Positions 39,062-52,272 of a DNA stretch of 64,000 bases are shown here, piece by piece. This stretch comes from Octopus vulgaris (lineage: Eukaryota): the NCBI GenBank assembly GCA_951406725.2, contig OX597820.1, positions 68,076,001 to 68,140,000 on the forward strand, in the 5' to 3' direction. The position numbers and the translations under genes were made by a program. The notes beneath the pieces were generated by a model, which saw only the letters and a program-made list of their open reading frames with translations, ran no database searches and had not been told where the DNA came from. The stretch's first letter is position 1. The number at the start of each line of letters is the position of its first letter.

Positions 39062-41498
39062 TATTAATTTTCAGCAATCACACTGATACTATCCACAATA
39101 TTGTAGTGGAGAAAACCCTACTCTCTGATCATGACATGGTTCTCTGTGATCTGAGATTTCACTGGCCAAAATGCAAAACAAATGTCATCCCTCCTGTTCA
39201 TCCATTTGACACTATGGATTTCCACAATGCAAACTGGGAAGCGATCAATAATGATCTTGCACAAGTCGATTGGTCCTTCACGCACACATACACACCCACT
39301 AACATCAAAAAGTCCTGGCAGTCATTTGTAGACACCATTACGAACATATGTGCAAAACACACCCCATTAAGATCTGCAAACAAATTTAAGTGTCGAATCC
39401 CTAGAAATAGAAAATCTCTCATCAGGAAAATTAAAAGAACTAACAAAAAAATCAACAAGCTGAAATACTGTCAACAGCAACACACCAACCTGACTGCCAT
39501 CTCGTCGCTAGAGATTAAAAAACATAAACTCCAAAACAACATGATGTCTATCATCAATAGTCAGCAAAGAGCTGAAGAGGCCTGGGCCATTGAGAAGATC
39601 AAACTCAATCCCAAAGTGTTCTTTTCATTTGCAAAAAAACACAGAGTCACTGGTTCTACTATTGGCCCTCTGATTGATGAAAATGGTACTCTTCAAGACA
39701 ATGCCAAAACCATGGGAGAGATATTGCAGAAACAATATTGCTCTGTTTTCAGCAATCCTGATATGTCTGATCTGGGCTGTATCAGTGATGTTACTCCCCA
39801 ATACACTTTATCGGACATAACCTTTGGCGCTCCTGGTGTCATAGCAGCAATAAAGGAAATGAAGCATAATTCAGCAGTAGGTCCCGATAGGTTCCCTGCT
39901 TGTGTCTTGAAGATGTGTCAAAACCAACTTGCCCCCCTCTAGCCAATCTGTGGCGGAACTCACTGGATGCTGGATATATACCAGAAGACCTTCTATCCCA
40001 GTCTGTTGTCCCAGTTTTCAAAAAAGGAAACAAATCGCTTGCCGTGAATTACCGTCCAATCTCACTCACCTCTCATATCATTAAGGTATTTGAGAGAGTG
40101 CTGAGATCGCGTATGACTCACTTCCTTGAGAGTCATAATATGCTGAACTCCAACCAGCATGGATTCCGTAATGGAAGCGATTGCCTGACGCAGCTACTGC
40201 ATCATTTTGATGACATTTTGAGAGCCTTGGGAGAGGGTTCCAACACTGATGTCATCTACCTTGATTTCAGCAAGGCCTTTGACAGGGTTGATCATAAGAT
40301 CTTTTTGAGAAAGCTGTCCAATATTGGTGTCACTGGAAAGCTGCTGCAGTGGATCAAGTGCTTCCTGTCTAACAGAACCCAACATGTTGTAGTCGAGGGA
40401 GTCAAATCCAGCCCAGCCAAAGTCAGCAGTGGTGTCCCACAAGGCACTGTGTTGGGCCCACTTCTCTTCATCATCTACATAAATGATATTACTGACACCA
40501 TCAAACACAGTAACATCAGAACCTTCGCTGATGATTCCAAGCTCCAGAAGGTCATCAATGGCGTGGATGACCGAATAAGCCTTCAGTCAGACCTACTGGC
40601 TGTTGTCCAATGGGCGGAAAAGAACAACATGTTGCTAAACGAAGACAAATTCGAACTGATCCACTTTGGAAGGGAGGATGCTCTGAAACTCCCATACTCC
40701 CTTCCTTCTGGAGAAATTCTCATGGCGTCCAATAACATCAGAGACTTGGGAGTAACAGTGGACAACAACATAAGCTGGGCTACACATATAAGCAGCAAAG
40801 TTGATATGGCCCGCAGAATGTGTTCCTGGATTCTCAGAACCTTCCAGTCGAGAGATTCCCACACTATTATCCTTCTCTTCTCCACTTTTGCCCGACCCCA
40901 CCTTGAATACTGCTGTCCACTGTGGTCTTCCTACACAAAACAAAATATTATGAGAATTGAAGCTCCCCAAAGGTCAATCACAAAAAAGATAGATGGCATG
41001 TCAGACCTTGACTACTGGGGTTGACTAGAGAAGCTGAAACTGTATTCACTCCAACGACACCGTGAACGCTACATTATCTGCATGATGTGGAAAATATTCC
41101 ATCAGCACTGTCCGAATGATGTTGGCATCACCTTCAAAATACATCCAAGGCTTGGACCACGTGACATCCGTTCACAACAAAAATCTAAATCGCATCACAT
41201 AACGACAATACGGCACAATTATTTCACCTCAATTGGACCCGCTCTCTTCAACATTACACCAGGACACGTCAAAACAGAAACTGACCACACAACATTCAAG
41301 AAGTCTTTGGACAAATTCCTTCAAACAGTCCCAGACAAACCACCCACACCCGGATATGTCTCCGCAAACAATAACTCTCTGCTCGAATGGGCCTCAGTGC
41401 CCAAATCCTGAATTGAAAGACTTCGCCAGGTGATGCTATTAAGTTAGACATGGCCTTGGCCAATACTGGCCAAAACCTTTCTAAGTTATTCTAAGTTA
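39062..41498 (+). mobile_element. 5'-truncated CR1-group (Crack/Daphne/CR1-like) LINE with nearly intact ORF2
   Basis: End of an APE endonuclease (LSDHDMV) and RT motifs GPD, NYRPISLTS, QHGFR, YLDFSKAFD, GVPQGTVLGP, FADD, RDLGV and RPHLEY. One -1 frameshift near 39935 and one CGA>TGA stop at 41022. 3' tail (TTCTAAGTTA)2. Confidence 0.95.
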
Positions 41499-41507
41499 TA
41501 TATATAC

Positions 41508-41561
<54 letters not shown>

Positions 41562-42044
41562 CCACCATGTAGAAATTCAACAATGATATAATTAAACCAT
41601 ATAGAAAAAAATAGATATACGATAAAATATTTACCTAGAACTAAAGAATTGCTACATGGTGGTTCTTCTCTAATTTATATACATATATTATATATTGTGA
41701 AATTTGATTTAGTATTACTAAACTGAATTTTTCCCTGCAAGTTTGGAATCGTATTCCCATGTTATATATATATATATATCAGGCATGAAAATAATTGGGC
41801 TCGACTTTGCTTTTCATCCGTTTAACGGGGTGCTATAAAACAAGTAGCAGTTGTGCACTGATTCTGATGTAATCGACTTACCCTGCACACCACAAAATTA
41901 CTAGCCATTTGCTAAAATCTAAAACCGATATTAGTTCTGGCATTAAGACATGAGGGGGCAGAGGCGTTAATCCAGAACGAATACCGAAATGCATATTGTT
42001 CTGATACATACATACATACATACATCCATCCTTACAAACATACA

Positions 42045-42080
<36 letters not shown>

Positions 42081-42137
42081 CATACATATACACACACACA
42101 TATATATAAATGAATATATATATATGTATATATATAT

Positions 42138-42320
42138 AGGGAGAGTTTACGAAAAAAACAAAAGACGATGACAGGTGGTGTACAAAGCAAACAGATGTAT
42201 TAATATAACGCTCAGGAATAGAAAATGTCTTTTACGTTTCGAGCCTACGCTCTTCTACAGAATGGGACACAGAAAAACAAGGAGAGAAAAAAATGTGTGT
42301 AGTGGCTAACGATCTATCAT
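42138..42320 (-). mobile_element. Family F1 short element with hammerhead-like motif (42228-42265)
   Basis: Reverse complement CTGTAGA-A-GAGCGTAGGCTC-GAAACGTA-AAAGA, flanked by (TA)n. Confidence 0.65.
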
Positions 42321-42440
42321 GATATATATATATATATATATATATAGTTAATCCAAACATGAAAACACAACAACGGAGGACGTGGAACAAGTATAGCGTT
42401 ATTGGACGCTCAGGAAAGAAGGAAACAAGGAGGGTTTAAC

Positions 42441-42500
<60 letters not shown>

Positions 42501-42555
42501 CTATATGAATAACATATGAAAGACAGAAAATGGAATATACGAGAATATGTCATTA

Positions 42556-42659
42556 ATCACAACAGTTGTTTCGACACATCTATCATTGACACCTCTTGTG
42601 AGACACACAACAACTGGTTCAGGAGTATCCGGTGGTGCAGACGTATCTCGTCGGGTGAT
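42556..42659 (-). ncRNA. Complete type-I hammerhead motif with ~55-nt insert capping stem II (family F8)
   Basis: Reverse complement ATCAC-CCGACGA-GATACGTCT-[insert]-AGATGTGTC-GAAA-CAACTG-TT-GTGAT. Stems I (5 bp) and II (9 bp with G-U) are both complete. Confidence 0.72.
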
Positions 42660-43162
42660 AAATAAATAAATAAAATCTCGTTAAAAACTGTTCCATAGTG
42701 CAACTTACCGTTTTGTAGAGAGAAAAACAACCAGACGGAAGAAAATTCTTCATATATATAGAAGATCCAAAAATAAAATTGCAGAAGACACAAAGAGAAA
42801 CAAACACTTAATTCAGTGAGAAAACTTGTTTCAGTTATTCGACTTCAGTCATGCTGGAGCACCGCCTTTAGTCGAACAAATTAACTCCAGGACGTATTTT
42901 TTGTAAGCCATAATACTTAATCTATTGGACACTTTTGCTGATCCGCTAAGTTACGGGGCCGTAAACACACCAACGTCGGTGTATGTGTGTCTGTGTATAC
43001 TGACGAGATATTATTTGTTTAATAGAAAATTTACACCATGCTATATCTGCATCTTTGAAAAAGAATAATATTCTGTACCTAGTGTACAGTCATCTTATTA
43101 AATCTTACATATATATATCCGTGTATGTTTGATATATATATATATATATATATAATATATAT

Positions 43163-43251
<89 letters not shown>

Positions 43252-43305
43252 TACATATATACATATATACATATATACATATATATACATATATAGCTGT
43301 ATATA

Positions 43306-43386
<81 letters not shown>

Positions 43387-43644
43387 ACATATATATATAT
43401 ATATATATATATCATTTGTAGAAATACTTAAGCCCGGAGGAGAAGCACACTCTACGATGTAAAGTAATAAATATTATAGTGGGGTGGGCCGGTTTATGGC
43501 GTTACCCTGGGTTTCTCGCTTTATAGGGGTTTAACCTTACGGAAATTTTATAGAGGTCTCAAGCCAGCATTGTTTGGGATCAGAAGATACGCCGTAAGGC
43601 TATAAATCAGAGATGTGTGTGCATATATGTTGGTTTTACACGCA

Positions 43645-43713
<69 letters not shown>

Positions 43714-44278
43714 TCACGCACGCACGCATACAGAGTGTAATACTCATGAAACTAATGGATCAATAAATTTCGTTAAAATATGCATTAGGGTAAACTGTAA
43801 AAATAAGTTCGATATGATGGACTGAATGTCTAAAATATTTTCACAGTTCAGTGATTAAACCCAGCGCAATAACATGATTTTAAATATAAAATGACATAAG
43901 CGACCTCGCTTGTCAAGCTTGAAACACTATGGCATGTTCTACAGATATACAGCAACAGGCGCGGTAGAAAGAAACTGTCACACTGCTGTTGTGCTGTCAT
44001 CGCCTGCTTCCTGTGACTAACAACCAGAGTTACACACAATACAAGACTGCATTGTGTTGGATAAGCAAGATGACCAAACTTGCTGCATTATATTGTAGTG
44101 ATTAAAATGAATATGACATTTAAATTAAAAACAATAGACAATGTTTTGGTTAAGTATAATAGTTTGTGTTTAATTGTTGAATGAGACGTGCTACTACGTG
44201 GCTTGTTAGCCATGTAACTTGCGTCTGCATAAGCAGGGTTTAGTGATAGCCTGGGCTAAACGACAACAGCGATAACGA

Positions 44279-44418
<140 letters not shown>

Positions 44419-44633
44419 TTCTCTATCTATCTATCTATCTACACCTATCTATTCTTGAGAACAATCTTTTCTTAGTGGTCAGACCATTGGGTCTACTTCT
44501 AGCATATTGGATGTCCACTTAGTGGTCATCCCTATGTAATATAATTTTCTGAATCTTCAGATTTTTTCTATATGTTAGGTTCAAATTGATATTAATCTAA
44601 TTAATATTCAATTTTTTTACCTTATTATTTAAA

Positions 44634-44716
<83 letters not shown>

Positions 44717-44730
44717 ATATCTATCTATCT

Positions 44731-44890
44731 TTGTTCTTTTCTTCCCTTTTACGATCCCTCTTGATCGAAAACCTACGCCACCCCCTTTTTTTTGTTTCTT
44801 TTGTTTTTTGTTTGTTTCATCCCCCAAAAGAAAAGCTCTACCTTGTAACTTGTCCCATCTGTGTGCAGCCCTGTGTGGCCAATAAAGAAA
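44731..44890 (+). mobile_element. 3'-terminal fragment of a LINE-like element inserted in (TATC)n
   Basis: T-rich UTR ending TTGTCCCATCTGTGTGCAGCCCTGTGTGGCCAATAAAGAAA, with the same microsatellite on both sides. Confidence 0.55.
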
Positions 44891-44891
44891 C

Positions 44892-44980
<89 letters not shown>

Positions 44981-45304
44981 AATTTAGCACTCTATAATTA
45001 TTCATGAATATGTATATCTGCGCGCGTGTACACACACACAAACACACACACACAGAGATTTATATCAGGTTTACCATTTCCTTGTTTCAGTCATTGGGCT
45101 GTGGCCATGCTGGGGCACCGTCCAGGAGGATTTAGTTGAATAAATCGTCCCCAGTACTTATTTCTAAACCTCACATATGTAGCTATGTATGTGTGAGTGT
45201 GTAGGTGCCCATACTTGTGTATACTTGTATGTGCAAATACACAACAACAACAGCAAAAACATTAATAATAATAATAATGATAATAATAATAATAATAATA
45301 ATAG

Positions 45305-45414
45305 TGCCTGGTGTACCTTTATCAGACGGGTAGTCATGATGGGTATATTGGGCTTCGTATATTTTACCCCAGTGTCACTTCGATGGCATGAACTGCTCTC
45401 TCACTCAATAATAA

Positions 45415-45500
<86 letters not shown>

Positions 45501-46054
45501 GCCCTGATGCAGTACCAGACAGTGGCTCTCGTGGCTTCTGATCTCAACTGGTTGGAAGTATTATCATGTACATTGTTTTGTCTTGGTATAAAAGATGGGC
45601 TACAGAAAATATTCCGCTCAATACCACAGATTTGCTTGTCCGTCGTTTGACCTTAACTAGTTGAGCATGTCCCTTAGTGGCTGATGATATGTGCATCTCT
45701 GATCACGAACAGAAGTAGTGGGGGAGCATCATTGCCATGAGGTTGAGAGGGATTTGTTTGGGTTTGAATAATTCAACTTTGGAATCATGGGTGTTTTGTT
45801 CAACATCCTTAAAAACCCTTATTCAGGGACCTCTAGAACGAGATGGGTTACTCGACCATAAGAAAATTGTAACTGGGCCCCACCTGCAAGGTCATATGCT
45901 GTTTATCTTAATATGAGATTTCCATGTCGCGCACATATGGTTGTGATGCATGTGCGTGGTGTACCCTTATCAGACGGGTAGTCATGATGCGTATACTGGG
46001 CTTCGTATATTTTACCCCAGTGTCACTTTGATGGCATGCACTGCTCTCTCACTC
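45305..46054 (+). mobile_element. Two tandem copies (5'-truncated 45305-45406 and ~555-bp 45501-46054) of an (AAT)n-embedded non-autonomous retroelement
   Basis: Identical 3' ends ...CTGCTCTCTCACTC(AAT)n, with (AAT)n on both flanks of each copy. Confidence 0.8.
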
Positions 46055-46120
<66 letters not shown>

Positions 46121-46243
46121 ACCAGCAAACTTTGAAGGTACGTCGACGCAGTACGGGTACTTTATATTATCAGTCCTCAATAGATGAAAGACAAAGTAAA
46201 CCTCGCCAAAATTTGAACATAAAACTCAGAATCAGAACAAATA

Positions 46244-46297
<54 letters not shown>

Positions 46298-46618
46298 GCG
46301 CACACACGCACAAACTCAAAGACACACACATACACAAACACACATACGCACGCATATATATTAAAATTATAAAAAAGGGTATGTAAGAGATTCCAACATG
46401 CTTGAAATAGCAGTCAAAACCTGATTCTAAAACCGCATCAAAACTTAATCAATGCTTGATGTGGTTGTAGTAGAGTCAGGATTTGACTGCTATTTCAAGC
46501 ATGGTGGTATCTCTTATTTATAATTTTAAGAATTATTATAACCTATATGGTTCTTTTCTTCCCACGCTGCCACTTGATTTGATCTATATAAATAATGATC
46601 TTATCCTTATTTATATAG

Positions 46619-46674
<56 letters not shown>

Positions 46675-46677
<3 letters not shown>

Positions 46678-46892
46678 CGGAGTAAACACATAAATGTGAA
46701 ACAAGATGGAAAAAAGAGTACTCAAATACCAGTGGTAGAGTAATATGCTTTATTTAAAGCAGCAGAAAATTCAACAAAACCTGTTACTCTGAGTTTCCCG
46801 TTGCCCGATGAACGGCAACTGTCCGATGAACGGCAACGGGAAACTCAGAGTAACAGGTTTTGTTGAATTTTCTGCTGCTTTAAATAAAGTAT
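46675..46892. mobile_element. Penelope-type inverted pLTR structure with hammerhead (46819-46855, family F3)
   Basis: Inverted arms from 46748 to 46889; CTGT-CCGATGA-ACG-GCAA-CGG-GAAA-CTC-A-GAG-TA-ACAG; one arm has a ~70-bp extension; located in (TA)n. Confidence 0.8.
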
Positions 46893-46895
46893 ATA

Positions 46896-46933
<38 letters not shown>

Positions 46934-46991
46934 GTATACATATCTATCTAACTTTCTATCTATCTACACATACATACATTTATACACGCAC

Positions 46992-47022
<31 letters not shown>

Positions 47023-47095
47023 TGTATGTATATATGTATGTATGTATGTATGTATATATATATATATGTATATATGTATATATATATATATATAA

Positions 47096-47163
<68 letters not shown>

Positions 47164-47776
47164 GCGAGCGAGCACACACTGCACTAGCACACAGCACGCA
47201 CACGCGCACGCAACATACAGCCAGTTTGGAAGGACAGACAAGATTGAAAATCACTCGATATTAATGCGTGTAGCGTTTATATATATAAATGAGCTTCAAT
47301 ACAACATTGCTTCGAATTGAAAAAAACGTCGGAAAACTCCGAGTATGTAATAAACACAAACAAACACACACACACGTCTATATACACACCCACACGTATA
47401 TATATACACACACACAGACACACATGAACATACAAACACCATGCACGCACTCACACATTTATGTCATACAGACATACGTATAGACACATACATACGATAA
47501 TTAAATGGATATATAGGCGTCTTTTACGTGTCTATATATACAGGCACTCATACACGAAATATGAATATACATACACACACACACACACACACACACACGC
47601 ATGTATATATGTATAGGGAAATAAATTGGTAGATAGACGGCGAGAGAGAGAGAGAGAGAGAAGGGAGAGGGGGAGAGATAAGCACATGCGTTTCTACATA
47701 TATATTTACATATACAACATATATATATATATATACATATGTCAATATACACATACATATGTACATATATATGTAC

Positions 47777-47832
<56 letters not shown>

Positions 47833-47833
47833 G

Positions 47834-47869
<36 letters not shown>

Positions 47870-47881
47870 TGTATGTATATA

Positions 47882-47919
<38 letters not shown>

Positions 47920-47940
47920 CATACATATATATATATATAT

Positions 47941-47998
<58 letters not shown>

Positions 47999-48873
47999 GC
48001 ATGCGTCTGTATGTGAGTTTTAGATGTATATGAATTGTGTGAGTGTGTGTTTCGCTTTATACACACAGACATACAAATGTATTTACACACACACACACGC
48101 ACATACACACACACACACACACACATCACTCCATGTGTTTCGTAAGCTGAATATGACCCTCATAGTTTATACTGTTTATCTACTAATTGTTTTAGGTACT
48201 AAAATAGTGGCAAGGAGAAGCAGAAAACTTCACGCAACCCCTTCTCACTGCTCTTGACCCCGCGGAACAGACGACGACGATGACGACGACGACGATACGA
48301 CAGCTGACAACATTAACGTTCGGCTGGTAATCACTTTACGGCAGGATAAACTGTACCAACCCAATATTAAGTTTCTTGCTCTAGGCCAAAGCGCACAGTT
48401 CAGTCATGGAATCGAACCTACAAACTTTTGATTGAGAGGCCATACAGTACGCACGCGCATTCGCGAACACACACGCACACGCACATACATATTTATTTTC
48501 CCCTTCCCGCTCTCACTGTCTCTAAAATATTAAATCTATAAAATTGAATTTTTAGCTTTATAGTTATCTAATACACGTGTTCAGTCCTACTAAACTTCCA
48601 TACCGGAATATTCTCATATATATTTTTATCAAGTTTTTTAACAAATATTTTATCGACAAGAATCCAGAATCACAACTTTGTGAAATTATATCGAATGTGT
48701 GATAAAAAAAAAAAAGGCACGTAAAACTAGAGTGATAGACGCACAATGCGTATATACCGCAAATGTGTGTGTGTGAGTGTGTGTGCCTAAGTATGTGTGT
48801 ACGCTTGCATAAAGATATATATATATATATGTGTATATATGTAAATACACGCATCCATATATATGTGTATATT

Positions 48874-48913
<40 letters not shown>

Positions 48914-48943
48914 AATACACACATACATATATATGTGTATATT

Positions 48944-48995
<52 letters not shown>

Positions 48996-49098
48996 TATAA
49001 GCAAATATACACACACATACAGGCATACAAGTATATTTATATATTCATATATATGTATGCGCAAATACACATAGATGCAGACACACACACACACACAC

Positions 49099-49139
<41 letters not shown>

Positions 49140-49145
<6 letters not shown>

Positions 49146-49350
49146 TCTGTGTTTGCCCCCCTACCATCACTTGACAGCCGATGTTGGTGTGTTTACGTCA
49201 TCGTAACCTAACGGTTCGGCAAAAGACACCGATAGAATAAGTACATAAGTACTAGGCTTACAAAGAATAAGTCCAGGGGTCGAATTATTCTATTAAATAC
49301 GTTGCTCCAGCATGGCCGCATTCAAATAACTGTAACAAGTAAAAGAATAA
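49140..49350 (+). mobile_element. Family A SINE, 3' half
   Basis: CTTGACAGCCGATGTTGGTGTGTTTACGTC...CCAGCATGGCCGCA. Confidence 0.8.
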
Positions 49351-49370
49351 AATAATGCACATACATACAG

Positions 49371-49432
<62 letters not shown>

Positions 49433-49970
49433 CTATATATATATATATATACGTGTGTGTGTATGCGTGTATGTGTATGCATCTCCTGATAGTCACATTT
49501 GTTTATGCACACACGCTTACACACACTAAGATGACATGTTCACACACGAAGAGCACAGACTTCACCACCTGTATCTATTTAGATGTACGCTTGTATACAT
49601 AATTCTCTCCTTCTCTCGCCTCTCTTTCTTTATGTATGCATGTGTATGTATGTATGTATATGTATCTATGTATGTATGTTTGTATGTATCTATGTGATTG
49701 TGTGTGTGTATATGTATGTATACATATATATATATATTTCTTTCTTTTTTTTTATATTTCTTTTATACATATTTGTGCGTGTATTTGGTGTATATTTTTA
49801 TATTTTGTATATTATATATGCAAAGCATGTTATACATGTATGTATATTGTCATAATTGCCCTTTTAGTAAATAAATAAATTGACCTAATATAATGTCTTA
49901 AATTTGCTGAATACCACCTATAGATCCCCTCCAGTTTCTTATTGCTGTATATATGTATATATATATATGC

Positions 49971-50052
<82 letters not shown>

Positions 50053-50074
50053 GTGTCTGTCTGTCTGTCTGTCA

Positions 50075-50132
<58 letters not shown>

Positions 50133-50641
50133 ATATATATTTACACACACATACATATATACGCTAACACACACACACACACATAAGTGTGCATTCCCAC
50201 ACACATTTATGCATACATATAGACACATGGCGTGACGTCTCTACATCCGTGAGTGACCATGTGAGCGCATTAGTGAACGTGCGTATATATATTAATATTT
50301 ATCAAATTTATGCCTGTATATATTTATATACACTTCCATCCATCCATCCATCCATCCATCCATTCATCCACACGAGCATGGTTAAGCCCCCTAAAACTAG
50401 TGTTCTTGCGTTTCTTTAGAGTCTCCTTATTTGTTTTTAAGTAACGAGTATATTCAATCAGTTGTATCGATTTGGTTCGGACTTTATTGGGAATATTTAA
50501 CGACGAAAGTAAGTTTCTGCTGCTCTCGACAACATTCATGAAGAAATTAGGATTCAATACAATGTATAATTAATATGAATTACATCAAAGTGTTAATTCT
50601 ACACCTCCATATCCATACACATATATACATACATACATACA

Positions 50642-50715
<74 letters not shown>

Positions 50716-50941
50716 CTTTATTTAAAAGCAGCAGAAAATTCAACAAAACCTGTTACTCTGAGTTTCACGTTCCCGTTCGTCGGACAGTTAGCAAAAACTG
50801 TCCGACGAACGGGAACGTGAAACTCAGAGTAACAGGTTTTGTTGAATTTTCTGCTGCTTTTAAATAAAGCATATTACTCTACCACTGGTATTGACTACTC
50901 TTTTTTCCACCTTGTTTCACATTTATGTGTTTACTCCGGTA
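50716..50941. mobile_element. Penelope-type inverted pLTR structure: perfect 74-bp inverted repeat with two complete hammerheads (family F3)
   Basis: Arms 50716-50789 and 50796-50869 with a 6-nt spacer. Each reads CTGT-CCGACGA-ACG-GGAA-CGT-GAAA-CTC-A-GAG-TA-ACAG. The right arm is extended to 50941. Confidence 0.88.
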
Positions 50942-51089
50942 TATATATATATATATATCTGACAAGTTAAAAAGGTGACTTATTCGCAATTAGAACCTAA
51001 GGTCAAAATTAATAGAGGTCACAAAAGTGACAGAGGGGACCGACTAGCACTGCTTTTGCTAAAAATAAGAGTTAAAACAGCACAAAAAG

Positions 51090-51124
<35 letters not shown>

Positions 51125-51127
51125 TAT

Positions 51128-51166
<39 letters not shown>

Positions 51167-52003
51167 CACACTCACAAACACACACATAAATATCGAATAT
51201 ATGTATATAGGGGGAGCAGTGGATGTGTGGCGGCGAGTTGGACGAAAGGGAAAGTCTACCTCGATGGAATTTAAACTCAGAACGTAGCGGCAGACGAAAT
51301 ACCTATTTCTTTACTACCCACAAGGCTGTGTAGTAAGAAGCCTGCTTTCCAACTGCATGTTTTCGGATCCTATGCATGTGTATATATATATGTATGTGTG
51401 TGTATGTGTGAACATATATGCATGTATATGTATACATGCATATATAAATATGCTACATATATGATGCGTAGATGCGTGTGTATTTATGTATATGTATTTA
51501 TATCTCTATGTATGTATATACATATATATATATGTATGTATGTCTGTATGTTTGTATGAATGTATGTACGTACGTACGCATGTATGTATGTACGTATGTA
51601 TGTATGTATGTATGTATGTATGTATCTGTCTATGTATCTATGTATCTATCTATTTAAATATCTATTTATCTGTTGATGTATGCATCATTTTATGTGTGTG
51701 TATGTGTGCTTATACGTGCATATATAGAAGCGCATGCGTAATAACACAAATTCAGTGCAGTTTCATAATTTGAAGAACGCCTAACATTCCATAAAATATA
51801 ATTATTACGTAGAATATTCTTAAAAACACAAATGTATACATGTTTTTATATATCTATGTGTGTTAACTATCTTCGTTCCCTAGCGAATGGTTCAGTTTCA
51901 GTGCCAATGCGTGGTACTAGAGGCAAGTCTCTTCTGCAACGGCCCCAGGACGACCGAATACTTGCGAGTGGATTCTGTGGACGGAAAGTGAAAGAAGCCC
52001 GTT

Positions 52004-52034
<31 letters not shown>

Positions 52035-52114
52035 CGTGCGTGTGAGTGTGTTTGTGTGTGTATGCACCCACACGCGCGCGCACATGTACACACGTACACA
52101 CACACATGTATGTA

Positions 52115-52168
<54 letters not shown>

Positions 52169-52174
52169 CATATG

Positions 52175-52272
<98 letters not shown>

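Noticed and set aside
41562-41662. 17-bp inverted repeat CCACCATGTAGAAATTC / GAATTGCTACATGGTGG
   Set aside because: The repeat is real but too short and degenerate to classify as either a MITE or an inverted pLTR.
43492-43600. Half hammerhead on the - strand (GAAA-CCC-A-GGG-TA) with a possible stem I
   Set aside because: No CUGANGA-like box at the required position. Probably a decayed copy, so it was not counted.
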